Below, piece after piece: positions 37,104-48,281 of a DNA stretch of 64,000 nucleotides. Source of the stretch: Massalongia carnosa (Eukaryota); NCBI GenBank assembly GCA_965645245.1, contig OZ287087.1, forward strand, positions 248,001-312,000, given 5' to 3'. Position numbers and translations under genes: made by a program. Within the stretch, counting starts at the first letter, position 1. Every line of letters begins with the position of its first letter. The notes beneath the pieces were generated by a model. It was not told where the DNA came from, made no database searches, and saw only the letters and a program-made list of their open reading frames with translations.

Positions 37104-40100
37104 ATGTCTACGCTGGAAGCACCAATAACGCCAACTAATCCAGATCAGTTGAATAACCTTGAGGCGTATTATTGTGACACCAAGAATAGTTTGCAGGTCT
37201 TTGAGCAAGAAGCAAGCACTGACGAAACCCAGATCGAGACTTCAAATCAACAGTCTGGGAATCACGCGCAGGAAAAACTTACTGAAGCGAGTGTCGAGGG
37301 ATTTTTAGCCGTAGACAGGTACGAAGAAGTGAAGAAATTTTGTGCCGAGTATAATGTTTCGACAACTCAAGCACTTGTTGCAGCTTTTCATGCCTTTCTA
37401 GTTCGTTGCACAGACGGGGAAGGCAGAAATACATACACGATATACGAATGTACTCAAGGGACATTCGCTGAGGGCTATTCATTGGAGATGTGTGATAATC
37501 TCCCCGAAAGCTTCAACGTTTTGATCCAGAATTCGAAGTCCCTTAGTCACCGCATGCGCGGGACTAAGACGACTCCTGGAAATTGCAAGTTGCTGTACGT
37601 ATTCAATGATAAACCCCTTGGCAGATCTATTTCGCTAATGTCTTCTCAGTTCCCAAGAGCTTATCTCGTCAAGCCTGTGGAACCTGGTTGTTGCTGATAA
37701 TGTCATTTTGGAAACCATTGGTAGTCCAAAGAAGGGTTTGAAACTACGCCTTACTTTCGAGTCAGAAGCGTACGAAACAGAGGAAATGAAACGCTCCATG
37801 GATAATTTTCTTGGTTTTTGGTCCAACATTATTGCAAGTCCCCACCAGTCGCTTCTCATGGTTCCTTTATGCGGGGACAAGGAGATCTCGATACAGCGGC
37901 ACTCGTACTGGGCTGATAGTGCTTCGCCAAATTCTTGGGACAACACAACCATCATTGATATAATTCTGAAGATTGCTCGCGAATATCCACAGAATACCGC
38001 CATTATAACCTCCGATGGTATGACTTTAACATACAAAGGATTGGTTCACCGTGCGCGAGAGATTGCTCTCTGCTTGCAAGAGGCGGGAACTTCCCCTGGC
38101 GATCTAATAGGGCTCCTCTGCCGTCCGGGCCTAGATGAAATAGCCGGAATGATTGCCATACTCATGAATCGCTGCGGATATGTAGCAATGGATCCAAATT
38201 TTGCTGGTGAAAGGCTCTCATTCATGGCGAACGATGCTAAGATGCGTATAATTTTAGTCACCCCTGACATGACTACACTCGGTACAGACGTAGCCCAGAA
38301 CAGCCTGTTGTCACCACGATTATTATCATTTCCCGAGCCTTGTCCAACGGACATCCACTTCACACCACCGCCTACTTCACCACAAGATCCGTTTTACACC
38401 ATTTACACATCTGTAAGAAGTTTTGTTTTGTGGAATCTTGTTTTTGAGGAATTTTGTTTTAGTGGAAACTTTGTATTGAATGATTTTCTTTTTGCGGAAT
38501 CGTCTGTTCGTGGAATTTTCTTTTTGTGTAGTCGTTTTTTGGTGCTATCCTAAGATCTCTCTGCTAACCAGAATTCTAGGGCTCAACAGGAACTCCTAAA
38601 GGTGTAGTGTTGACACAAGCAAATACTCAGCAGATGCTGTAAGGTTTTCTCCCCAAAACTGACTAACATATTTCCCTAACTAAGTTAGGAGCACCCTCCA
38701 CCACGATTACGAATTTTCTAGGTTCGACAGATTTCTGCATCACTCCTCGATGTGTTTCGATTTATCTATTGTAGAAATATTCGCCGCTCTTACTTGTGGC
38801 GCCGCAGCATGTATCGCGAGTGCACGAATCAAAGACGATCCTGAGCCTCTTGGATATTTCATGAGGCAGGTGTCGATTACGGTTACATACTTCACACCGA
38901 CCAAATTTGTATTACTTCTGGAAGCCTGCCAGGAATATCTTCAACAATGTCAAGAGTACCGCGTTGCCTTTTTCGCTGGTGAACGACTACCTGCACGAGT
39001 GATAGAACGATTTTATAATCTTCAGCTTCGTGCAACGATTTACAACACTTGGAGCCCGAGTGAGCTCGTTGTGCAAACGACCGTTCATAAAGTTCCAAGA
39101 ATTATTGCCAATAAGACAACGAACATTCCAATTGGATTCCCTCTGGCAAACTGCGCACATTATATAGTTGACTCAAATCTCAATCCTGTCCCTATCGGAG
39201 TCGTTGGCGAGATCTGTGTAGGAGGGGCACAAGTTGGCAGAGGCTATATCAACAAACCATATGGGAGATGCGAAGCATTCATCTCGAATCCATTTGCGTC
39301 AGAAGATTACACCCGAAAAGGTTGGACTATGCTCTTCAAAACAGGCGATAGAGGTCGTTTTCTTCGCAATGGAGAATTGGAGTTCCACGGCAGAATAGCG
39401 GGCGATAAGCAAATCAAACTCCGTGGCCTTCGGATGGATCTCGGCGAGATTGAGCAAAGAATCTTTGAGGCCTCTAACTGTAATGGTCTTGCAGGACTCA
39501 AAGATGTCGCTGTTACAGCGCGTTCAATTCAAAATCGCAAAACCAAGGAAGAAAGTATGACGGATGACCGCCAGCTCATAGCATTTCTTGTTCTCACAAC
39601 TGGAGTGACCGATATGGGACAAAATTATGTGAACACAGTGCACCAACTTCTCAAGGCCCATCTTAATAGATACATGTTGCCTAATGGTTATCAAATTCTC
39701 GAGACCTTACCGGTGACTATTGGCGGTAAATTAGACACTCGAAATCTACGAAATCGTGATTTAGATCTTCTATTCCCATCAAAGATAGGTGTACAGGAGG
39801 CGGACGACGGTAGAGCGGAAGTAGTTGACCGTGTAGTCGACCCAACACTCTTAACAATCACCAGTCTTTTTCAAACCTTACTGGCTCTTGGAGAGAATTA
39901 TCAAGTGGCTCCAGATGATAATTTCTTTGCCCTTGGAGGGCAGAGCATGTTAGTCCTCCGTCTTCAAGCCAAATTAAAGACAACATTTGGAATGAAGCTT
40001 CCTTTACCTAGTCTGTTCAAGGATCCAACACCTGCGGCCATTGCGCAGTTAGTGCAAAATAAAAACCCAGATGTGTCGGCCTTTTATACAACCACCAAAA

Positions 40101-41419
40101 ATGTTGCAAATCACCAGATTGACTGGCAGTTAGAGACTACGTTACCAAGTCAGAATGAGTTCCTTGCTCCACAAAACTTCACACGCTTAACTCGATCTGA
40201 CGTTACGACGGTTTTAATCACTGGTGCAGACTCGTTTATTGGCATTCATATGATTGCTACATTTCTGTCAACAGCACACTCAATGAAAGTGTTTTTCATA
40301 GGTTCTTCTCGGGCAATAACGCTGGCCAATCTGAAGATCAGTCTAGCAAAATATCAACTCCTCGATGATACTTGGTCAAACCTTCCATCAAAATTGACAC
40401 CTATTAACGGCACTTTGGCCGAACCATACTTTGGGCTAAACGAAAAAGATTTCAAGGTCCTTGGAAGCGCACTTCATGCTATCTACCACATTGGGGGCGA
40501 AGTCTCGCTCCTAAAGTCATATTACGACCTCAAGCCTTTCAACATTTCGCCAATCCTGACGTTAATTTCGCTTGCCCACTACGGTTCCTACCTCACTGAA
40601 ATCCATTACTTGTCCACATGGAGCGTCCCCCATCTGCAAACCTGGCATGACACGCACCTTGCAAAAAGCGCCATCTCCTCTAGCGAAGAATCGACCGACC
40701 ACTTTGTGCCCTCCAGCTCCCCAACCCAAGGAGGCTATCTCAAAGCCCGCTGGGCTAGCGAAGTTCTCCTAACTCGAGCCTCTGAGCGTGGCTTTCGCGT
40801 CTCCATCTATCGGGCCTCGGCGGTAACCGCCAGTTCAGCAACAAAGGTGCCGGAACCAATGTATGATCTCTACCGCTACACAATCATTCGCATGATCCAA
40901 GTGCGGTGCATACCTGACACTCAGGTGACCTCACGTTTACCCTTCGCTGTTGATTTTATCCCGGTCAATTATCTTACCTCGACTTTGTTCCGACTCAGTC
41001 TCTCCTTCCCAGCTGCTCTTCCAATGGACAAGCACGGAGAGAAAGCACCAACGATCTACCACATCGGAAACCCTAGCCCGCTCTTACTCCACGATCTGCC
41101 ATCCCTCGTGCCTCAAATCCTTCGGCAAGATGATATCGAATTAAAAGCAGACATTCTGCCCTTGGAGGAATGGCTAGCCGCGATTGGTACGGGACTGGCT
41201 GCAGGAGAAGAGCTACGAATTGCAGCTATTCGAGAAATGTTCTGTGGAGGGCATTGTTCGTTTGCCCTTGATCAAACTAGGACAACGGCGACTTTGGCGC
41301 TCTTGGACAAGGCAGCTGAGGAGAATGAAGGAAGTGTACCAGGGGGGGTAAACTGTCGGGTTGATTGTTCTCCTGTCGGAGTGGAATACCTGAGAGCTAT
41401 GTTAGAGAACAGCTGGTGA
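37104..41419 (+). CDS. Stand-alone NRPS-like enzyme: partial C lobe - A - T - R/R*, ~1,347 aa
   Basis: Exons 37104-37594, 37650-38412, 38580-38638 and 38689-41419; GT-AG introns with CTAAY branch sites give one continuous frame. A motifs YTS-GSTGTPKG, FDLS, FAGE, GEICVGG, FKTGD, GRIAGDKQIKLRG, GGKLD. T domain FFALGGQS. Terminal SDR-like domain. Confidence 0.9.
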
Positions 41420-42047
41420 AACAGTTTCTTGTCTTGTCGATTTTTTTGAAACAGATTTTGCTCTTTATAGATCTATTTGCGTGATACGTATCCGAGCAAT
41501 TTTCATTAGATTCAATATAGATAGTTTTACACTACAGTCAATCTCAAGAATGGATTATTGATAAGAAATTTGTAAGCGATGGCAAATCGCCGAAATGTCC
41601 TCCAAGGTTAAATTCGTTACTATTTAATTCGGGCCAAATGGCAGGGCATTCCGGTGATTTCTCGTAAAAACTTTAAGATGATATCAAAATCTTGTATAAT
41701 AGCATCGTTTGACCAGGTAGATGATTGAAATTTCTCACTTTCGATGTCTAAAACTTTCATCAATCCGTCATCTTTCAAGTCATTGTCTCATAGGTTTTCC
41801 GATCCGTGATTGTTAGGCTTGTTGACTGTACGTCAAACCAAGGAACTCAGCTACATTCCTATTCTTAAAGGTTATCACTCAATCCAATTCAGTCATGCCA
41901 TGAACTTCTAGGAATGCACGTGTTCAATCATCACTAGCTATAAAAGCCCCCGCTCAATTCGCCTGAAATGTACAACAAGCTAATCCCCTTTTCTGCAACG
42001 AAGCTCATAAAATCTGGCGTAGAAATCCCATTCACGGCCTAGTTTTT

Positions 42048-43978
42048 TCATCCTCTTAGATTGGTCTTTGAGCCATCTTGATCATGATGCTTCCCGTCAT
42101 TCAGTCCTTGCGCAGTGTCTAGCGCCACATCCAGACTATAATGCTTGGTGAAGCAGCTTGCGATTAAGGCAACGCCGGAGATGGCGCATATAACGGCCCA
42201 TACGCGCTGCAAGCCAATGGCAAACGCTTGGATTAGCTGCGCTTTCTGCGGCAGATCGTGGGGCATTGTTTTGATGATCTGCACTAGAGCAGCGGCACTT
42301 TTGCTGTATGAATCGGCCTGCGGGGCGAGCAAAGGGTACGTCAAAAGGCTTTTTCTAAGCTCATTTTGGAAGACAACGCCGCCGACGGCAACGCCGACGC
42401 CCTGGCCGAACGTGCGAAAGAAAGAGAAGAGTGAGACGGCAAAAGCGATGTCGGCGGGCTTACTGGCGGCTTGTATGGCGAAGGTGAGGCCTGTAAAGAG
42501 CAGGCCGAGACCGACGCCGTTGATCAAATTGATGAAGATCCATTCCACGGTGGTGGTGTGGACATCGAGCAGGATCATGAGGCCAACGCCGACGGTGGTG
42601 ATGAGCCAGCCGGCCCAGAGCGACCAGCGGTAGACCCCAATCTTGGACACGATGATCCCACAGGCGATGGCCGTGGGGATCACGGTAAAGGATTGCGGGA
42701 ATGTGGCAACGCCAGCCATAATAGGGGAGAGATCTTTGACGGCTTCATAGTAGAGCGGGAGGAAGTAGAGGATGGACCAGAGCTAATGCGGTAATTGTTA
42801 GTTGAAGAGATTAATAGAAAAGGTTAAGGGAAACGTACTAAAACTCCATGAACGAATGATCCAATATATGTGACTATGCCCGTACGATTGCCAAACACGG
42901 AAAGCCGAATTACGGGTTCCGCAGCGATAAATTTCTCATATAGAACAAAGCTGATGAGACCGCTGGCGCCGATGACAAGAGGGACAAGGGTACGCCAGCT
43001 CGACCACGGATAGATGACACCGCCCCAGGTGAGCGGGATGATGAAGCTAGTCAGGGAAGCGATAAACAGCGCCGATCCGAGCCAGTCTATCCGGCGGAGC
43101 TTCTTCATCAGTGACTGCGGGACGAAATGAAGTCTCAGAAAGAGCGTGATCATTACGAATCCTACAGTGCATAGCGGGAGGTTGATCCAGAAAAGCCATA
43201 CCCAAGATGCTGTTCACATCATCTTTCAGCATTGTTCTAGGAACCTGATTAATCTTCCGGAATGTATAATCATACACACCTTTCTGCGCAAGGCCGCCGC
43301 CAACGAGCGGTCCCGCTACTGTTCCAATAGCCCAAATACTGTTTAGAATACCGAGCCATGCCCCTCTTTGTCGGAGCGGGATGAGATCCGTGATCAAGAT
43401 CTCATTCAGCGCTATAACGCCACCACCGCCGACCCCCTGCAACGTTCGCCCTACGATCAACACGGTGAAATTCTTCGCGACCGCAGCCACGATTGAACCA
43501 AGCGTGAAGAAAATCAAAGCGACAATGACCTGTACTCGTCCCGTCAGCGAAAAATTTTTATATATATACTAGGGAAAACGCAAAGAATATGTACAGATGC
43601 ATGAAGGGGACGACAGACCAGGGGTTTCCGGCCAAATATATGAGAAAGCGAAGCGAAGTTAGGCTGGAAGACGGTTGAGGTGAGAAGAAAAGAAGTGCCC
43701 GACCAGAAAGCTTCGATAGCCGTGCCGCCCAGGTCTTGAGAGATGATGGGGAGTGCAACGCTCAAGGAAGTCGCGTCCAGCGCGACAACGAGTATGACAG
43801 TGCACAGGCTGATGAGCGCAGAGTAGAGTCTTCGCCCCGGTTTGAAGTCGAGCTGCCTTTTGTCCGTTTCCAAGGTCATGACTTCTATAGTTGGCCTTGG
43901 GAATGCCACTTCGTCGATGTCATCATCCTTGATGCTTTCAGTTAGTTCTAACGACCTGTGGTGAGCCGGTGAGTCCAT
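42048..43978 (-). CDS. MFS drug:H+ antiporter (DHA2/14-TM type), multi-exon
   Basis: LVVALDATSLSVALP, SHIFGRKP, GRTLQGVGGGG and GPLVGG motifs, plus many TM segments. First intron 43618-43530; further introns near 43.2 and 42.8 kb not precisely mapped. Confidence 0.9.
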
Positions 43979-44289
43979 GTCGTGTGGAATGGAAGATGAT
44001 AGATATGAGGAATACGCAGCTAGGAGGTTGAATAGAAATGAGGAAGTAGACGAGGAGAAGCGGAAAGAGAAGGGAAATGCTTAGAAATTCACACTACTCG
44101 GTGTTATGGGATTCGTCTCGGATGCCATAAAATACAGGGGATCAATACATATCTACGCGTCTTAATCGGCCCGCCGACGGCTGTTTTGGGCCTTATCAAG
44201 GGGATATCATCTTGTGGCATTTTCATGCAGTCACAGCGACTATTCGACTGTTACGCTAATCTGGCAAGAGTCTAGTTAAATACATTCAT

Positions 44290-45501
44290 TCAATCCATGA
44301 GACTACAAACGAGCTTTTCGCCTCTCACATTTCCAAGCTTCAACTCTTCAATTCCACCAATAACCGCGTTCAATCCACCAGGTAAAATGTTCACCTGATG
44401 TGGCACCAAGACCCCCCTTTCAAGCAACTTCTCCGCCTTTCGAAACCATCCGACTGCAAAATTGTAGTCTCGAACATCAGCCATCCTCCTAAAGTCTCCA
44501 TCCATCACGACTTCCTTTCCAAACATTGTGAGCATCATAACCCAGTCTGTGCTCACGTTTTTACGCGTTGCTGCAACGCCCTTGGATGGCGGCTCGAGAG
44601 AGACGTATTTACCACCTTTGGGGCCAAGGGCGCTATAGCAAAGGCGCATGCTTTCAATGTCGGAAATGCAGTCTAGGACGTATTGTAATTTACCTTTGGT
44701 AAAGGCGCGGATTGCAGTGCCGTATGACACTTTGGTGTAGTCAAAAGCTTTAATGGCTCCAAGTTTCTCCATTTTCGGGAAATTAGCAGCCGAGCAAGTC
44801 ACTATGGGTATCAGGCCGGATCTTTATTGCAACTTTAGTTGATATTCTTCCTGCGAAATACGATCTTGCTTCCATTTGGATTGATGAACGAGGGATACTT
44901 ACAGCTTCGCCAACTGGAGAGCAATGGTTCCAGTTGCTGTGTTTCCGCCATGGATGAAGATGTATTGCTGAGCTGGAGAATTAATCTCCTTAGACCTCTC
45001 GCTAGGTTCAATGGGCATGGGCAGCTTCAGGCACTGATAGAGTCCAATTCCAGCAGTCATGACACCAACTGGCAAACTCGCTGCGTCGGTCATGCTCATC
45101 CCCACGCCGAGAACGGTCGGAACTAACATCACCAAGTTTGCGTCCACGGCGATGTATTCTGCAAAACTTCCCGCCCACTGTCCATCTTCTAATTTAGGAT
45201 TCAAGCCGTACAAGCACCCACATACCTTATCCCCCACGCTCACGGTAGCCGTGACGTCTTTTCCGATAGCACAAACGACACCAGAGAAGTCATTTCCTCC
45301 TACGACGCCTATAGGCGGTAGGGTATCGATCATCTTCCAGTTTGCAGGATTCAATGCAACCGCGAATACACGAACCAATACCGACTTGGGAGCGAGAACG
45401 GGCAGCGGATGTGTGTTAACAATTTCGTATTTCCCAATTGCCTTGGCAATTATAGCTTTTTGAGAAGCCGGAAGCTCTGTTTGATGGTAGGGCTGCGGCA
45501 T
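44290..45501 (-). CDS. Trans-acting enoylreductase (LovC-like MDR family), ~376 aa
   Basis: Exons 45501-44903 and 44821-44290 (intron GTAAGT...AAG). Motifs VRVFAVALNP..WK, GNDFSG, GSFAEY, HGGNTATG, TCS..NF, LDCIS, VRGEKLV. It fits the apparently inactive ER0 of the neighbouring PKS. Confidence 0.9.
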
Positions 45502-46357
45502 CGATAATATCAAATTTGATTTTTGAGGAGATGTGTTGTTCGCTTTTTCTGCCGATGGGCATGGACTCGATGATGGAATAAACTCAAGAATAACTATCGT
45601 CAATAAAGCGGAATCAGGTACAAGAATGTGACGAGCTCTGGGGGACCAAGGTTGACTCCTGACAAGCTTGTAATCTAGCGCTGCGCTGTTGATTCCAGCA
45701 TGAAAACGTGGCAGCAAATATCGGCACGTAAGTTCGGCGTAAGCAGGAAAGTACAGGAGGGCTGAGATACTGTGCCTGACCGAATCCAACGCTAACGCCT
45801 AAGAAATTTTACCGAGAAAATATGTCGCCGAATATTAATTTACGATTAATCCGCCGAACCAGAGATTAGGCTGAAACTGGGGGGAAAGAAAAACAATTAT
45901 TGAAAAACCTTGACAATAAAAGAAAACACTGGAAAATAAAACTTGAGGCAAAACAGAAACCTCACACATATCAATGAGGAAATATTTTTGGTTCATGTCA
46001 AGCATGAGACAAGAATAAACATAATTTTTTTCATGATTAGGTGTAATCATACCGTATTGATTTTGTTAAGAAAAGCATTTGATTGAACGAGTATCCTTGA
46101 CTGCATGATCGTCGATGTACATACTCCCGATGTACAATACGCAGGGAGTGGGGCACAGTCAAGTGATTAGAGTGGCTTTAATCTCGAGCTCTTTAACGTT
46201 ACAGTCGGCTATTTTGACTTTGGAAACCGCGGGGTCGACGAATGGTTGTGTCAGAATCGAGACGTCATTTAACACAAAAAACACAAAAATGGAGCTGAAA
46301 AATATCTGCGCTGAATACCCCATCGCGAGATTGCTTGTAATATGTGTTGACTTTATA

Positions 46358-48224
46358 CGGAGGCGAATCTCAAAAGTAATGATAATACGCTAAAGACTAG
46401 CGCCGTAATTTAGATTTTCCATACCGAGCCTGAAATTCTACCAACTATCTACAAATGCCATTACCAACCATCTAATCAACGTCTTTTTGGTCTGAAACTG
46501 GCTGCAGTACGAACCACCTTTTGAATGCGTGGGGGAAGGTGATTTTTCGGAGATAAAACGGCTCTTTTTCTCAATAAGGGGGGTGTCAATGGCTTCTGTG
46601 TAGGGGGCTCAGGGGTAACTGCCCTGACATTCAACGGGCTGGGTGTATCATCATTTGATTGTCTGGATGATAGTCTCGTTGACACCACAGAAGAAGAAGA
46701 AGAAGAGAAGAAGCTGGTTTTGCTGTATTACTGAGCAATTCTTCCCTCAGCTGTTGAAGTCGCATTTTTCCTTCTTTGGTCCGTCCATCAACGTCCAAAC
46801 GTCCTTCGCAATACTCATTTCCACCTTCCAATTCAATGACTTTTGCAATGTGACGTGGAATTCTTTCAATCCATGCCTGAATGTTCTCCTGAGGTATATC
46901 GTCCCAAGTGCGATGCCACATAGATTCAGCAATTAACCGAGAACTAGGAGGACCTTTGGCAGTTGTACGCCGCTTCATCCAGGGCCAGCAGGGTTCAATC
47001 ATGTTGAGATCAGGAGAATTTCCGGGCCATAAAAGACGCTCGATGCCATGACGAGAGAAGATGGGAATCTGATGCTTGGAAGCATGAGACGGAGCCTTAT
47101 CTTCCTGTACGATCATTTCAGACAATCCGGCTTCTCTTCTTTTTGCATTGCATTGCTGAGCAAAAGGAATCAGTTTTGGCAGAAGTATGAAGTTTTGATA
47201 CCGCCACCAATCCATGCCTCCTTTACCTTCTTTTCTGATCATCTTTCCATGTTCCTCATCCCATTTCCATTGCGGCTTTTTTCCTGGTAAATTGCGAGTT
47301 GAAAGACGTCTCATTCCATTGGTCAGCTCCCAATTTAATCTCTCACTGGCTTCCAATGCAGCATTCATCTCGTCAAGCTTGGTTTTGGCTTCCGCTTTTT
47401 CCGCTTTTGTCTCCGGTTTCCAGCAATGACATGGCCCCTTCCAATCGTAGGAAAAGCATCCCCAAAACATGAATTCATGAGCCCCATGCCACCTAGCACG
47501 TACGGTGGATTTCACTGGTCTTCTTCCTTCCTTGGTTGTACGCCAAATTTTGACAGCTCCGCGACGGTGACCAAGCACTATTGCTGTTTCATCTGACCAA
47601 ATAACCCGCTTCCAATCCTCCACGGTCCAGTCTTTATACAGGAGACAAAAAGCCAGTCTAGCCGCTTTCATTTCAGGAGTAAGCCCTGGTCTATACGACG
47701 GTTTGACTTTTTTATAGCCTCTTTGTTTCAGGATTCTCCACACGGTGCATCTGGACAGTCCAACTTCTCTTGCCAACTGGGCACTGGTTTTTTCACGGGC
47801 GTATCTGTCTTTTATGACTAGATCAATGACTTCATCTACTTTCTCAGTAGTAGCCTTTCTCGGTCGACCAGATTTTTCTTCATGACGGGCGTATTTACCA
47901 AGCACCTGCAAAGAAATGGTGGGATCAAATCCTCGATCCCTGGCAATGCGACGAATACGATAAATGTTGGGGACAGAATAACCTGTAGTAGCTGCAATAA
48001 ATTCAATTGAGGCCGGGGTGCAATAAGACAACGTCAAGACCTGAGCCCGCAAAGAAATATCAGCTGATTTATTGACCATGATGATGATTTGATCAAATGT
48101 TGGTTCGTAAATGATTTGGGATGAGAAAAGGGGAAAGAAAAGGGGAAAATTTGCTCGGTACGGAAAATTTAAATTACGGCACTAGCTTTTAGCGTATTAT
48201 CATTACTTTTGAGATTCGCCTCTG
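46358..48224 (-). mobile_element. Tc1/mariner DD34E transposon with intact transposase ORF
   Basis: ~72-bp TIRs (C(G/A)GAGGCGAATCTCAAAAGTAATGATAATACGCTAAA...), TA TSD at 46356-7 and 48225-6. Confidence 0.95.
46631..48079 (-). CDS. Tc1-family transposase, 482 aa
   Basis: GRPRK, HTH, WSDET, QEDKAPSH and SPDLNMIE, with 34 residues between the second D and E. Confidence 0.92.
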   Translation of the reverse strand: MVNKSADISLRAQVLTLSYCTPASIEFIAATTGYSVPNIYRIRRIARDRGFDPTISLQVLGKYARHEEKSGRPRKATTEKVDEVIDLVIKDRYAREKTSAQLAREVGLSRCTVWRILKQRGYKKVKPSYRPGLTPEMKAARLAFCLLYKDWTVEDWKRVIWSDETAIVLGHRRGAVKIWRTTKEGRRPVKSTVRARWHGAHEFMFWGCFSYDWKGPCHCWKPETKAEKAEAKTKLDEMNAALEASERLNWELTNGMRRLSTRNLPGKKPQWKWDEEHGKMIRKEGKGGMDWWRYQNFILLPKLIPFAQQCNAKRREAGLSEMIVQEDKAPSHASKHQIPIFSRHGIERLLWPGNSPDLNMIEPCWPWMKRRTTAKGPPSSRLIAESMWHRTWDDIPQENIQAWIERIPRHIAKVIELEGGNEYCEGRLDVDGRTKEGKMRLQQLREELLSNTAKPASSLLLLLLWCQRDYHPDNQMMIHPAR

Positions 48225-48281
48225 TAGAAGAAAAGTATTTGGAAGTGTACTCTATCTCTATTGAACAGTCTCTAATTCGCT

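Noticed and set aside
37595..38750. NRPS-like gene as a frameshifted pseudogene in three pieces
   Set aside because: Three canonical introns with branch sites join the pieces in frame and restore YTSGSTGTPKG.
42145..42794. Plus-strand ORFs opposite the MFS gene, and similar antisense ORFs over the PKS and TE genes
   Set aside because: Shadow ORFs of coding sequence on the other strand, with no recognisable motifs.
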